Assembly: GCA_963921275.4 (NCBI GenBank)
Contig: OZ001293.3
Location: 4,384,001 to 4,448,000, forward strand
DNA: 64,000 nucleotides
From: an uncultured Hormoscilla sp.
GTDB lineage: Bacteria > Cyanobacteriota > Cyanobacteriia > Cyanobacteriales > Desertifilaceae
Direction: 5' to 3'
Below the pieces are notes generated by a model that was given only the letters and a program-made list of their open reading frames with translations, was not told the DNA's origin and ran no database searches. A program made the position numbers and the translations under genes. Positions within the stretch are counted from its first letter, which is position 1, and every line of letters starts with the position of its first letter. Positions 22,706 through 33,424 of the stretch are shown here, piece after piece.

Positions 22706-23132
22706 TTAGTCTTGACATATAATCTAGTATCATATAGAGGTTGACGTGGTTGGCAGCAAGTTATGGATTGTCCTGCGTTTTATCTCAGCCGCGAGTTGTA
22801 GAAGGGGCTGTGGGACTTGTTGGCGATCTTTTGTAACATGATGTACTTGGGAGTTAAAGGTTGAGAAAATGGGATTCAGTAAGCATACCCATCCTAGTTC
22901 GCGAGGGACAACAAGCTAACGGCTCAGCTCTTCCCCTCGCGAATGCGCTGCGCGCACGCTACGCGATCGGGAGATCTTGAGTCCTGAATTTCTGTCAAGC
23001 TTTGCCTATGCACCGGTGGTTGCCTGTGGGAGATACTGTTGCTGGTAACATTAATAATAGGCAGCACGCTACACGCTACGCTATTTTTCGATTCAGCCAA
23101 TATTTTTGGTAAAAATACTCATAAATGACGTA

Positions 23133-25795
23133 ATGAACGATTATCAAACTACTTCTCCTCTCAGGGTCAGCGGTAACGAGCCACTCCTCTTAGACGACCC
23201 CGATACTGTCTGGTTGATTCAGTCTGGTTCAATGGCAGTTTTTGCCGTGAGGGTCGTTGATGGCGTTCCCAAAGGAGCCCGTCGCTATTTGTTTAGCCTC
23301 ACAATTGATGAAGTCCTGTTTGGCATTGGTGGCCTTGGGGATACTCGATTCCTAGCCATTGCAGTTGCAGAAACTGCCCTCGTCCAATTGAGCTTAACAG
23401 ATTTAGTCGAGGGAGGACAATTAACTCACGTGCTTCATTGGCGCGATCGCCTCACCAACCTGTTCGCCCAGACAGATATATCTTTGACATTACCAGCATT
23501 TGAAAGGCTCGAAGATGCGAATAAACTCGCTTCTAATCTCAAGGAACTCCACAGAGAGTTTAGATCCAGTTTAGAGCAACTAGAACAACAGGAAAATGAA
23601 AATCAATTCAGCCAATTTCAAGAGCGCCAACGGCTCAATCAAAGGAGTATTAGAGGCGCAATTGGCGACCTGGTTTCGATCCTCAAGCCCAAACAGGGTC
23701 AATTGCTCCCAGAAGGAACGCCCTTACTAATTGCCGCAGGGGCTGTGGGACGGGCAATGGGGATTGAAATTCGTCCCCCCGCTCCTTCGGAAGATATGAA
23801 ACGGATCAAAAACCCCTTGGATGCGATCGCTCGCGCCTCTCGCATTTGTACCCGCCGCGTGCTCTTGAACGATGGCTGGTGGCGGACCGACTGCGGCCCT
23901 ATTTTAGCCTACAGGGAAGCGGACAATAGTCCTGTCGCCCTGCTGCCCGCAGGGCGGGGCAAGTATGAAATCTTTGACCCCTTACAACACAAGCGTTTTC
24001 CAGTTACTCCGGAGACAGTACGGCAGCTATATCCTTTTGCCTACACGTTCTACCGACCCTTTCCAGATAAAGAACTCAACGCCCTCGAACTCTTAAAGTT
24101 TTCCTTCCGAAGTCTAGGGCTAGATGTCATGATTATTTTGATCGTGGGCATCCTTGCTACTCTTCTGGGCATGATCTTTCCCCAAGCCACTGGCATAATT
24201 GTTGACAAGGTTATCCCGAGCTCCGATCGGGGGTTGCTATTCAAATCGGTTTCGGCTTGTTGGCAGCTAGTTTCGGCAAAGCTACCTTCGAGTTAGCTCA
24301 GGTATTTACTATTTTGAGGGTTCAAACCATCTCCAACTCCGCCAACCAAGCAGCACTCTGGGACCGGCTGCTGAAACTGCCCATTTCTTTCTTTCGCCAG
24401 TATACTACTGGTGACTTGCAAAACCGGGTTTCTGCAGTTAATCAGATTCGCCAAATCCTCGGCGGCACCGTCATGCGATCGCTGTTCAGCAGTTTTTTCT
24501 CCCTGCTGAATTTGGTTTTGATGCTTTATTACAGCATTAAGTTATCCTTGGCGGCAATGGCCATCGCCCTTGTCAATATTATCTTCACTACCATCTCGGG
24601 AATCCTCACTCACCAGAAAACGCGACCCCTGCAAAAAATCGCCGGGGAAATCTTTGGCTTGACCGTGCAGTTGCTCGGCGGCATTTCTAAACTGCGCATT
24701 GCTGGAGCGGAAAAGCGGGCCTTTGCCTACTGGACGAAACAATACAGCCAACAACTCTCCTTAATCTTAAGCACCGAACTCATTGAAGATGCGCTCAATA
24801 TCTTCAATACTGTATTGCCCACAATTAGCTCCATTATCATCTTTATCTTAGCCGTTAACTTAATCGCCGAGGCCCAGACTCAAGCAGAAGCCTGGCTATC
24901 GACTGGAACATTCCTCGTCTTTAACTCGGCCTTCGGAACCTTTCTCAGCGGTGTAACCAACCTGAGCAATACGATGATTGAAATTCTGGAGGTGACGATT
25001 CTCTGGGAACGCGCTCAACCGATTTTAGAAGCCAAACCAGAAACAGATCTCACTAAAGCAGATCCGGGACGACTTCGGGGTAATGTTAATCTCGCGGGAG
25101 TAACCTTCCGTTACCGAGAAAATGGTCCTCTTACCCTCAATCAGGTGACTGTTGAAGCCAAGGCTGGAGAATTTATCGCCCTCGTCGGTCCCTCAGGAAG
25201 CGGCAAATCTACCATTGTCCGCTTGCTGTTGGGTTTTGAAACTCCCGAAGACGGAACAGTTTACTACGACGGTCAGGATATCACCGGTTTAGATATCTCC
25301 GCCCTGCGGCGACAATTGGGAGTAGTCTTACAAAATGGTCGCATTAACAGCGGCTCAATTTTTGATAATATCGCCAGTAATGCATTGGTCACCATGGACG
25401 AGGTTTGGGAAGCCGCACTCCTGGCCGGATTTGCTGAAGATATCGAAAAAATGCCTATGGGCCTGCACACCGTTATCTCTGAAGGAGGCACCAATCTATC
25501 TGGGGGACAGCGACAGCGTTTGTTAATTGCTCGGGCCTTGGTTTTAAGACCAAAAATTATCATTTTTGACGAGGCTACCAGTTTCTTAGACAACCGCACT
25601 CAAGCTATTGTCACTCGGAGTTTAGAACCCTTGCAGGCAACTCGCATCGTTATTGCTCACCGCCTGAGTACTATTGCTAAGGCCGATCGCATCTATGTGA
25701 TTCAGGATGGTGTTGTCCTACAGCAAGAAACTTTTGACTAGCTGGCTTCTCAACCAGGACTTTTTGCTCAACTGATGGCTCGGCAGATGATGTAA
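23133..25795 (+). pseudogene. NHLP bacteriocin ABC transporter permease/ATPase (TIGR03797-like); frameshift ~24240 and TAG at 25739
   Basis: GPSGSGKS, LSGGQRQR, N-terminal cNMP-like domain and WWRTDCGPILAY. The frame continues LASQPGLFAQLMARQMM after the TAG. Confidence 0.9.
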
Positions 25796-25971
25796 TGGTT
25801 AGTGGGTTCTATAACAGGTAATATGCCTTCCATCGAAAATACTAATGCCCTAGACGATTCGGGCGGTTCGGGCGGTTCGGGCTGCTGTATCACATCAATG
25901 CCGAGATTCGCTATATCCCGTACACAGCAACGGGATTAGAAAATTGATAAAAATAAAGGAGGTAGACAACC

Positions 25972-26997
25972 GTGGAACAAACAATTGCCAAGTATCCTCA
26001 TTTTCAGGTCTTAAATGAAAGGGACATCGATTGGCTAGTCTCTCAAGGAAGGCAGGGAGAATGCCAGGCCGGGGAAATTCTGATTCAAGCCGGTCGCCAG
26101 GTAGAGTTCATACATATTTCTCTGTCGGGAACTTTGGCGGTTACAGCTTACCGTCAAGGAGAAGGAGAGCGGGAACTTAAAAAACTCTATGCTGGAGAAA
26201 TGATGGGAGAGATGTCTTTTTTAGATAATCAACTCCCCCCGACGACCATTAAAGTCCTAAAACAGTCTCGGGTGCTGTCCATTTCTAAGCAAGAACTAGG
26301 ACACAAGTTGGAACGGGACGAAGATTTTGCGACTCGCTTTTATCACCTGCTGGCTTTGAAACTATCTAACCAGTTGCGAGGACTGTCGGAATTATTGAGT
26401 CAAAATCAAGGGAGGGCAAGTCAACCTTTGCGCAAGGTACTACTGGTATTCGCGATTTTGCAGGATAGGGATATTGCTTGGGCGATCGCCAATGGGGTCT
26501 CCCAAAAGCTATCGGCGGGTACGGTGCTAATCCAGCAGGGCAAACCGGTCACGGCTGTGTATATATTACTGGAAGGAACCTTGGGTATCTATATTTCTCT
26601 GCCCCATGGGGGAGTAATGGCTGCTAAGGAAGTGGGACAATCGATGAAAGGGGAAATTCTTGGGGAAATGTCCTTTGTAGAAACGGGAACGGCTTCGGCA
26701 ACGGTAAAGGCGATCGCAGATTCTTGGTGCTTGGCAATTCCCCAAGCTAAATTGGCGTCTAAGTTGGCAGGAGACCTTCGAGGCGCTGCCAGGTTTTATC
26801 GCTCGATCGCCATCCTGATGTCCAACCGCTGGCGGGAACGCCTCTTCCGTCGCGGGTTTGCTACCCTCTATGAGGAGGGAAAACAAATGCTTTCTGAAGA
26901 CATAGAAGTAGAAGATGAACTGGATTTAGACACGATCGAAGGAACTGCTATTGCCGGCACTCGCTTCGATTGGATGATTAGACAGTTAAGTCGATGA
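25972..26997 (+). CDS. Bacteriocin-transport-associated tandem cyclic-nucleotide-binding protein (TIGR03896-like)
   Basis: Two cNMP domains (GEMMGEMSFL, GEILGEMSFV) and a DELDLD...AGTRFDWM tail. Confidence 0.85.
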   Translation: MEQTIAKYPHFQVLNERDIDWLVSQGRQGECQAGEILIQAGRQVEFIHISLSGTLAVTAYRQGEGERELKKLYAGEMMGEMSFLDNQLPPTTIKVLKQSRVLSISKQELGHKLERDEDFATRFYHLLALKLSNQLRGLSELLSQNQGRASQPLRKVLLVFAILQDRDIAWAIANGVSQKLSAGTVLIQQGKPVTAVYILLEGTLGIYISLPHGGVMAAKEVGQSMKGEILGEMSFVETGTASATVKAIADSWCLAIPQAKLASKLAGDLRGAARFYRSIAILMSNRWRERLFRRGFATLYEEGKQMLSEDIEVEDELDLDTIEGTAIAGTRFDWMIRQLSR

Positions 26998-27017
26998 TTG
27001 CGATCGAGGGAAAAGTC

Positions 27018-28640
27018 ATGTTTGGCCAGGATAAAAATGCAAAAAGGAATATTTTCCGCCAGGAATCCCTGGAACAACTCTCTTCACCAGAACGCTTGGA
27101 TCAGCTCATGCAGGCGATCGGCCCCAAGGACTGGCTGCCTTTAAAGGTGTTGGGAAGTCTAGTTTTCGCGGGATTGGTTTGGAGTATCTTCGGGCGCATT
27201 CCGATCGCCGTTGAAGGGCGAGGGATTCTTATCGATCCCCGTCGCGTCGCTAACTTGGAATCTCCTATTTCTGGTCAATTGTCCTCCTTAAATGTCCAAG
27301 CTGGTCAATGTGTTGCTCGGGACGAACTCCTGGCCACCATCGAACCTTCCGAATTGCGACAAAGGTTAAGGTCGGCCCAGAATCAAAAGACAGAATTACA
27401 ACGGCAATTCAATGAAACCACCATCCTTCTGTACCAAGGTGCTAACCTGGAAAAAGAGGCGATCGCCGCTTCCCAGGCCAGTATAGAGCAAAGCCTGCGG
27501 GACACCCGCTCCCTGACTCCCATTCTCAAAGATAAAGCCTTAAATTACCTTGCGGAACAACGCCGGAGTCTCCAACAACGCCTGGAGGATACCCAAGCAC
27601 TCACCCCCATTCTCAAAGACAAAGGTTTGGAGGCTATTGCCGAGCAACGGAATAGTCTCCAACAGCGCCTGGGTAATGCAAAAAAACTCTCGCCCATTTT
27701 GCGCGAAAGACTTGAAAAACGTCAGGCCCTGGCAGCAACAGGGGCGATCGAGCAAGATACCGTCCTGCAAGCAGAACAAGAATACATTGGCGCCCTGGAA
27801 AATATTGCTGACTTGGAAGCCGAACTGAAAAATCTGGATGTTCGGGAATCTGACGCCGAGCGACAATATCTGGAAAACCTCAGTCAGATTGGCAACCTCC
27901 AATCTCAACTCAAAGATTTAGATGTCAAAGAAGTAGAAGCGGAAAAGCAATATCTGGACAATCTTAATCGGATTAGCCAACTGGAAACCGAATTGCAAGA
28001 ATTAGAAACCAGGAAAAAGCGTTTGGAGCAAGAAAACCTCCAACAGCTCAACAGTAATAAAAATCAAATCCAGGAGGTAGAACGGGAGATTGCCCAACTG
28101 GAGCAACGGATTGCCGAGAACAGTAAAATTCTCAGTCCCAAGGCTGGCTGTATTTTAGAAATAACCGCTACCACCGGTCAGGTCGTCTCTCCAGGTACGC
28201 GCTTGGGGTCAATGAACATAGCGGGGAAAGAAAAAACCATCATGGGAGTCAGTTATTTTGCCATCTCTGACGGCAAGAAAATTGCCTTGGGAATGCCCAT
28301 TCAAATCACCCCTGACATTGTCAAGCGGCAGCGCTTCGGCGGGATTACCGGGACCGTTACTTCCATTTCCGAGTTTCCCGTCACCCAAGAAGGTGCAGCC
28401 ACGATTATCGGTAATCAGGAAGTCGTTAGTGGTTTAATTTCTGGGGGCGGCGTGATAGAAATTTGGGCCGAACTAGATGGGTCAGCCGACAGCTTCAGCG
28501 GTTACAAATGGTCTTCTTCCCAGGGACCCAAAATCAACATCACTCCCGGGACGACAACCACGGCCATAGTCCACGTAGAACAAAGGGCGCCGATTACTTT
28601 TGTCCTGCCAATTTTACGGGAGTGGACGGGCATATATTAG
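27018..28640 (+). CDS. NHLP bacteriocin secretion protein (HlyD family, TIGR03794-like)
   Basis: IFRQESLEQLSSPERLDQL, long coiled coil, GYKWSSSQGP, APITFVLP. Confidence 0.92.
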   Translation: MFGQDKNAKRNIFRQESLEQLSSPERLDQLMQAIGPKDWLPLKVLGSLVFAGLVWSIFGRIPIAVEGRGILIDPRRVANLESPISGQLSSLNVQAGQCVARDELLATIEPSELRQRLRSAQNQKTELQRQFNETTILLYQGANLEKEAIAASQASIEQSLRDTRSLTPILKDKALNYLAEQRRSLQQRLEDTQALTPILKDKGLEAIAEQRNSLQQRLGNAKKLSPILRERLEKRQALAATGAIEQDTVLQAEQEYIGALENIADLEAELKNLDVRESDAERQYLENLSQIGNLQSQLKDLDVKEVEAEKQYLDNLNRISQLETELQELETRKKRLEQENLQQLNSNKNQIQEVEREIAQLEQRIAENSKILSPKAGCILEITATTGQVVSPGTRLGSMNIAGKEKTIMGVSYFAISDGKKIALGMPIQITPDIVKRQRFGGITGTVTSISEFPVTQEGAATIIGNQEVVSGLISGGGVIEIWAELDGSADSFSGYKWSSSQGPKINITPGTTTTAIVHVEQRAPITFVLPILREWTGIY

Positions 28641-28693
28641 GCGGATCGCCTACCCGTCAATTTTGAAGAAATAATTTGTAATTGTCAGCAGTC

Positions 28694-30880
28694 ATGGCGA
28701 AAAAAAATCAGAAAGACACACCTCAAATTCCCAAGCGGGTTAAAACCCCAACCTTGCTACAAATGGAAGTAGTTGAGTGCGGTGCCGCTGCCTTGGGAAT
28801 TATTTTGGCTTACCACGGTCTGATCTTGCCATTACCAGAACTCCGCAGCAGTTGCGGGGTTTCTCGGGATGGTAGTAAAGCTGTAAATATGCTCAAGGCT
28901 GCCAGAAGCTACGGAATGCAAGCCAAGGGGTTTAAGAAAGATATCGACCAACTCCGGGAAATTCCCCCGTCCTTTATTGTTTTTTGGAATTTCAATCACT
29001 TCCTCGTGGTCGAAGGTTTTGTGGGAAACCGAATTTATTTGAACGACCCGGCCACGGGACCGCGAACTGTATCCTTTGAGGAATTTAATCGCGCCTATAC
29101 TGGCGTTGTTCTGATTTGTTCGCCGGGACCGGAGTTCAAAAAAGGAGGACGTAAACCCAGCATTATCGGCTCCCTCTACAGTCGCTTAAAAAACTCCTTG
29201 GGGATAATTTTGTATTGTATTTTGGCCGGTCTTCTCTTGGTCATCCCCGGGTTGGCCGTTGCTGTCTTCACCCAAGTCTTTGTCGATCGCATTCTGGTAG
29301 AAAATCGGATGAATTGGCTGCGTCCGTTGATTCTGGGCATGATCCTGACCGCGATCTTCCAATCCCTGTTAACATTTCTGCAATTTCGCTATCTAAGACA
29401 TTTGCAGATTAAGCTCTCAGTGGAGATGTCAACGGGCTTTCTCTGGCACCTGCTGCGCTTGCCCGCACGGTTTTATGCCCAACGGTTTCCTGGAGAAATT
29501 GGCGATCGCCTCCGCATTAATACTAAGGTAGCCAGCGTGCTTTCGGGTCAGTTAGCCACCACGGTTATTGATGCCGTGGTGGTGGTTTTTTACGCGGCTG
29601 TCATGTTTTCCTATGACTGGTTACTGACTTTAATCGGTCTATTCTTTTCGGGAATTAATGTCCTGCTCCTGCAGTGGGTGGGGCGGCTACGCAAAGATAC
29701 CTACATCCGCTTGAGCCAAGACCAGAGCAAGTTAGCGGGTGTCGGCATTGCGGCTCTGCAAAGTATAGAAACCCTCAAGTCGGCTACCCTAGAATCGGAT
29801 TTCTTTGCCCGTTGGGGTGGATATTACGCTAAAGTTAGCAATGCTCAACAGCAAATGGGAATTGTCAATCAGACCTTGGGAATTCTGCCCTCTCTGATTA
29901 CTTCCTTGACGACCCTATTTCTCCTTGTCGTTGGCGGCCTGCGGGTGATGAACGGTTATATCAGTATTGGCATGTTGGTGGCCTTTCAGAGCTTGATGCA
30001 AAGCTTTCAAAGGCCAGTTAATACCCTAGTCTCATTTGCCAGTACCCTTCAGGAGTTAGAAGGAGATCTCAATCGCTTAGACGACGTGCTCGACAATGAG
30101 GTGGATGGGCAGCTGGAACGGGAACCTCAGGATAGCAACTCGACCTTCTTTAAGCTGCAAGGGCATCTGGAGCTACGCAACCTCACCTTTGGCTATTCGC
30201 GGCTCGATTCGCCCTTAATTGAGAACTTCAATCTCTCCTTACAACCCGGACAGCGAGTCGCCTTGGTTAGGAGTAGCGGTTCGGGGAAATCAACTATTGC
30301 TAAGCTAGTGGTAGGGCTATATGAACCTTGGTCTGGGGAAATTCTTTTTGATGGCATCGACAGGGCTAAAATTCCACGGGAAGTATTGACTAATTCCCTG
30401 TCGATGGTGGAGCAAGAAATTTTCTGGTTCGGCGGTACGGTGCGGGATAATTTGACCCTGTGGGACGATACGATTCCTAAGGACCAGTTAATCCGCGCCT
30501 GCGAGGATGCGGCAATTTTGGATGCGGTTTGGGCCATTCCAGGGGGACTGGAGGGAAATTTGCTGGAAGGAGCGGCCAACATGAGCGGAGGACAACGTCA
30601 GCGATTGGAAATTGCCCGGGCCTTGGTTAACAATCCTTCGATCTTGGTGATGGACGAGGCCACTAGCGCTTTAGATGCGGAAATGGAGAAGATTATTGAC
30701 CAAAATTTACGGCGCCGGGGCTGTACTTGCCTGCTCGTGGCCCACCGGTTGAGTACGATTCGCGATTGCGACGAGATTATCGTCTTGGAACAGGGAAAGG
30801 TGGTGCAGCGGGGAACTCACGACCAGATGCGGGACGTGGAAGGCGCCTATGCTCGCTTGATTCAGTCTGAGTTCGGTTAA
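28694..30880 (+). CDS. NHLP bacteriocin C39 peptidase/ABC transporter (TIGR03796-like)
   Basis: QMEVVECGAA (catalytic Cys), WNFNHF, MSGGQRQR. Walker A reads RSSGSGKST. Confidence 0.93.
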   Translation: MAKKNQKDTPQIPKRVKTPTLLQMEVVECGAAALGIILAYHGLILPLPELRSSCGVSRDGSKAVNMLKAARSYGMQAKGFKKDIDQLREIPPSFIVFWNFNHFLVVEGFVGNRIYLNDPATGPRTVSFEEFNRAYTGVVLICSPGPEFKKGGRKPSIIGSLYSRLKNSLGIILYCILAGLLLVIPGLAVAVFTQVFVDRILVENRMNWLRPLILGMILTAIFQSLLTFLQFRYLRHLQIKLSVEMSTGFLWHLLRLPARFYAQRFPGEIGDRLRINTKVASVLSGQLATTVIDAVVVVFYAAVMFSYDWLLTLIGLFFSGINVLLLQWVGRLRKDTYIRLSQDQSKLAGVGIAALQSIETLKSATLESDFFARWGGYYAKVSNAQQQMGIVNQTLGILPSLITSLTTLFLLVVGGLRVMNGYISIGMLVAFQSLMQSFQRPVNTLVSFASTLQELEGDLNRLDDVLDNEVDGQLEREPQDSNSTFFKLQGHLELRNLTFGYSRLDSPLIENFNLSLQPGQRVALVRSSGSGKSTIAKLVVGLYEPWSGEILFDGIDRAKIPREVLTNSLSMVEQEIFWFGGTVRDNLTLWDDTIPKDQLIRACEDAAILDAVWAIPGGLEGNLLEGAANMSGGQRQRLEIARALVNNPSILVMDEATSALDAEMEKIIDQNLRRRGCTCLLVAHRLSTIRDCDEIIVLEQGKVVQRGTHDQMRDVEGAYARLIQSEFG

Positions 30881-30923
30881 TATGACGACAGCTTAAGTCC
30901 TGCCCTTAATATCGGCACTCTCT

Positions 30924-31015
30924 GCGCGACTCTGCGTTAAAGTCGCGCGACTCTGCGTTAAAGTCGCGCAACTCTGCGTTAAAGTCGCGCGACTCTGCGT
31001 TAAAGTCGCGCGACT
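30924..31015. repeat. 21-bp tandem repeat, ~4.4 copies
   Basis: GCGCGACTCTGCGTTAAAGTC head to tail. Confidence 0.92.
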
Positions 31016-31361
31016 TTGCCATAGAATCACGTGACTAATTTCTCAATCAATGTGACTTTAATCTAGATATGTAGCCCGCTGGCGCGGGCCCTCTCGACTT
31101 TGAAAAGGTTTGAGCAGGAACTTCTAGAGATGGGAGTCAAGGAACTGATTTAAGTAGATCCCCTCAGGGAAAAATTAGCAGATTGCGGTGAAGTAGTTAT
31201 TAGGGGAGTTACCTTCCCCGCCAGCCCCCAAGCAAGGGAAAAAGTAAAAAGAGGAAAGAAAATGATTCCAGAACTAGCGAAGCAACTATGTCTGTCAAAA
31301 AACGTCCGAATAGGGGGTGATGGAGGTGAAAAAAAAGTAGAAAGTAAAAGGAGGAAAGAAA

Positions 31362-32225
31362 ATAATTCCCGAACTAGTGAAGCAACAAGGGAACTTGATT
31401 TCCTTGGCCTGGAAGGATGAGGCATTCAAGCAAGTCCTTCTAAGCAATCCCTCTGAGGCGATCGCCTCAGAGTTGGGCATCTCTATCCCCCCAGGGACGG
31501 CGGTGCAGGTGCTGGAGGAAAAGGCCAACAGCCGCACGGTAGTCATCCCCCGGGAAGCCATAGGGCCAGAGAAACTGGAGCAGGTGAAAAGCCAGTGGGC
31601 AGAAGGGGAACTGTATCAGATAGCCAAGCTACTAGCTAGGGCGCAAGGAGAGGCGAAGTTCAAGGCATTCAGGCAAGTCCTTCTAAGCAATCCCAAAGAG
31701 GCGATCGCCTCAGAGTTGGGCATCTCTATCCCCCCAGGGACGACGGTGCAGGTGCTGGAGGAAAAGGCCAACAGCCGCACGGTAGTCATCCCCCGGGAAG
31801 CCATAGGGCCAGAGAAACTGGAGCAGGTGAAAAGCCAGTGGGGAGAAGGGGAACCGTATCAGATAGCTTCGCTGCTGGCCAGGGCGCAAGGAGAGGCGAA
31901 GTTCAAGCAGTTCCTGCTGTCCAGCCCCAAGCAGGCTATATCTAAGGCCCTGGGGACGGAACTCCCCCAGGATCTGGAAATTACCATGGTTTCCTCACAA
32001 CTGGATACGGAGTATATTATCCTGCCAGCTAAACCGGAAGGAGACCTGGAGGAACTGTCGGATGAAGAGTTGATGGCTGTTGCTGGGGGGAGCGAATTGA
32101 TTAAGATTACCATAGTGGGATCTGCTTCGGTATGTCTGTCGGCAGCGCTGTCGGTACTGCTGTTGGGGAGCGCTGTCGGTACTGCTGTTGGGGCAATCAC
32201 ATTCACTACCACAACCAATTGGTAG
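31362..32225 (+). CDS. NHLP-family RiPP precursor 1 (three leader modules; 44-aa core at 32091-32222)
   Basis: AWKDEAFKQVLLSNP repeats and the ELSDEELMAVAGG cleavage motif. The homologous start codon is ATA at 31362; alternative GTG at 31377. Confidence 0.88.
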   Translation: MIPELVKQQGNLISLAWKDEAFKQVLLSNPSEAIASELGISIPPGTAVQVLEEKANSRTVVIPREAIGPEKLEQVKSQWAEGELYQIAKLLARAQGEAKFKAFRQVLLSNPKEAIASELGISIPPGTTVQVLEEKANSRTVVIPREAIGPEKLEQVKSQWGEGEPYQIASLLARAQGEAKFKQFLLSSPKQAISKALGTELPQDLEITMVSSQLDTEYIILPAKPEGDLEELSDEELMAVAGGSELIKITIVGSASVCLSAALSVLLLGSAVGTAVGAITFTTTTNW

Positions 32226-32522
32226 ACGAGTTTGCTGGTACAGGGTAAGGACATGGGAAATTTTTCTTGCCCTTGCCCTGTTTGCTGAGGGAGGAAAACT
32301 CGGGCAGAAATCTGGCAGGGGGGAGTTTTCCCCCTCGTTATTGCCCTATAGTACTTTCCGCAGCGGAAAAGCGGAAACCATTGATTATAGGGCTCGGGGG
32401 ACTTGCCGGGATGAGAAAGTTGCAGTTATTATCGGGAATAGGGGTGCTTCCAGAAGAGGTGGTTATTAGGGGGTGACCTTCACCGCTTCCAAGCAAGGGA
32501 AAAGGTAAAAAGAGGAAAGAAA

Positions 32523-33122
32523 ATGATTCCAGAACTAGCGAGGCAACGAGGGAATTTGATTTCCAAGGCATGGAGGGATGAGGCATTCAGGCAGGTCTTT
32601 CTAAGCAATCCCAAAGAGGCGATCGCCTCAGAGTTGGGCATCTCTATCCCCCCAGGGACGACGGTGCAGGTGCTGGAGGAAAAGGCCAACAGCCGCACGG
32701 TAGTCATCCCCCGGGAAGCCATAGGGCCAGAGAAACTGGAGCAGGTGAAAAGCCAGTGGGGAGAAGGGGAACCGTACCAGATAGCCAAGCTACTAGCTAG
32801 GGCGCAAGGAGAGGCGAAGTTCAAGCAGGAACTGCTGTCTAGCCCCAAGCAGGTTATATCTAAGGCCCTGGGGACGAAACTCCCCCAGGATCTGGAGATC
32901 GCCATGGTTTCCTCACAATCGGATACGGAGTATATTATCCTGTCAGCTAAACCGGAAAAAGACCTGGAGGAACTGTCGGATGAAGAGTTGATGGCTGTTG
33001 CTGGGGGGAGCGAATTGATTAAGATTACCATATTGGCACTTACTATTATCAATATCGGCAGCGCTGTCGGTATTGCTGTTGGGGTTGGGGCAATCGCATC
33101 ATCTACCACAACCAATTGGTAG
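32523..33122 (+). CDS. NHLP-family RiPP precursor 2 (two leader modules; 37-aa core at 33009-33119)
   Basis: ISKAWRDEAFRQVFLSNPK, ELSDEELMAVAGG, and an AGAGGA RBS upstream of the ATG. Confidence 0.92.
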   Translation: MIPELARQRGNLISKAWRDEAFRQVFLSNPKEAIASELGISIPPGTTVQVLEEKANSRTVVIPREAIGPEKLEQVKSQWGEGEPYQIAKLLARAQGEAKFKQELLSSPKQVISKALGTKLPQDLEIAMVSSQSDTEYIILSAKPEKDLEELSDEELMAVAGGSELIKITILALTIINIGSAVGIAVGVGAIASSTTTNW

Positions 33123-33424
33123 ACGAGTTTGCTGGTACAGGGTAAGGACATGGGAAATTTTTCTTGCCCTTGCCCTGTTTACTGAGGGAGGAAAACTCGG
33201 GCAGAAATCTGGCAGGGGAGAGTTTTCCCCCTCGTTATTGCCCTATAGTACTTTCCGCAGCGGAAAAGCGGAAACCATTGATTATAGGGCTCGGGGGACT
33301 TGCCGAGAAAAGAAAATTGCAGTTATCATCGGGAAATAGGGTACTTCCAGGTAAAGTAGTTATCACTAATGCGCGATCGAACTCGGTTCCCCCAAACTGC
33401 CGTTTATTGCCCTTGCGTGAGACG

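Noticed and set aside
30924..31015. CRISPR or iteron array
   Set aside because: No spacers and no rep or cas gene nearby.
31362..33360. Diversity-generating retroelement TR/VR pair
   Set aside because: Differences are not adenine-specific, include indels, and no reverse transcriptase is present.
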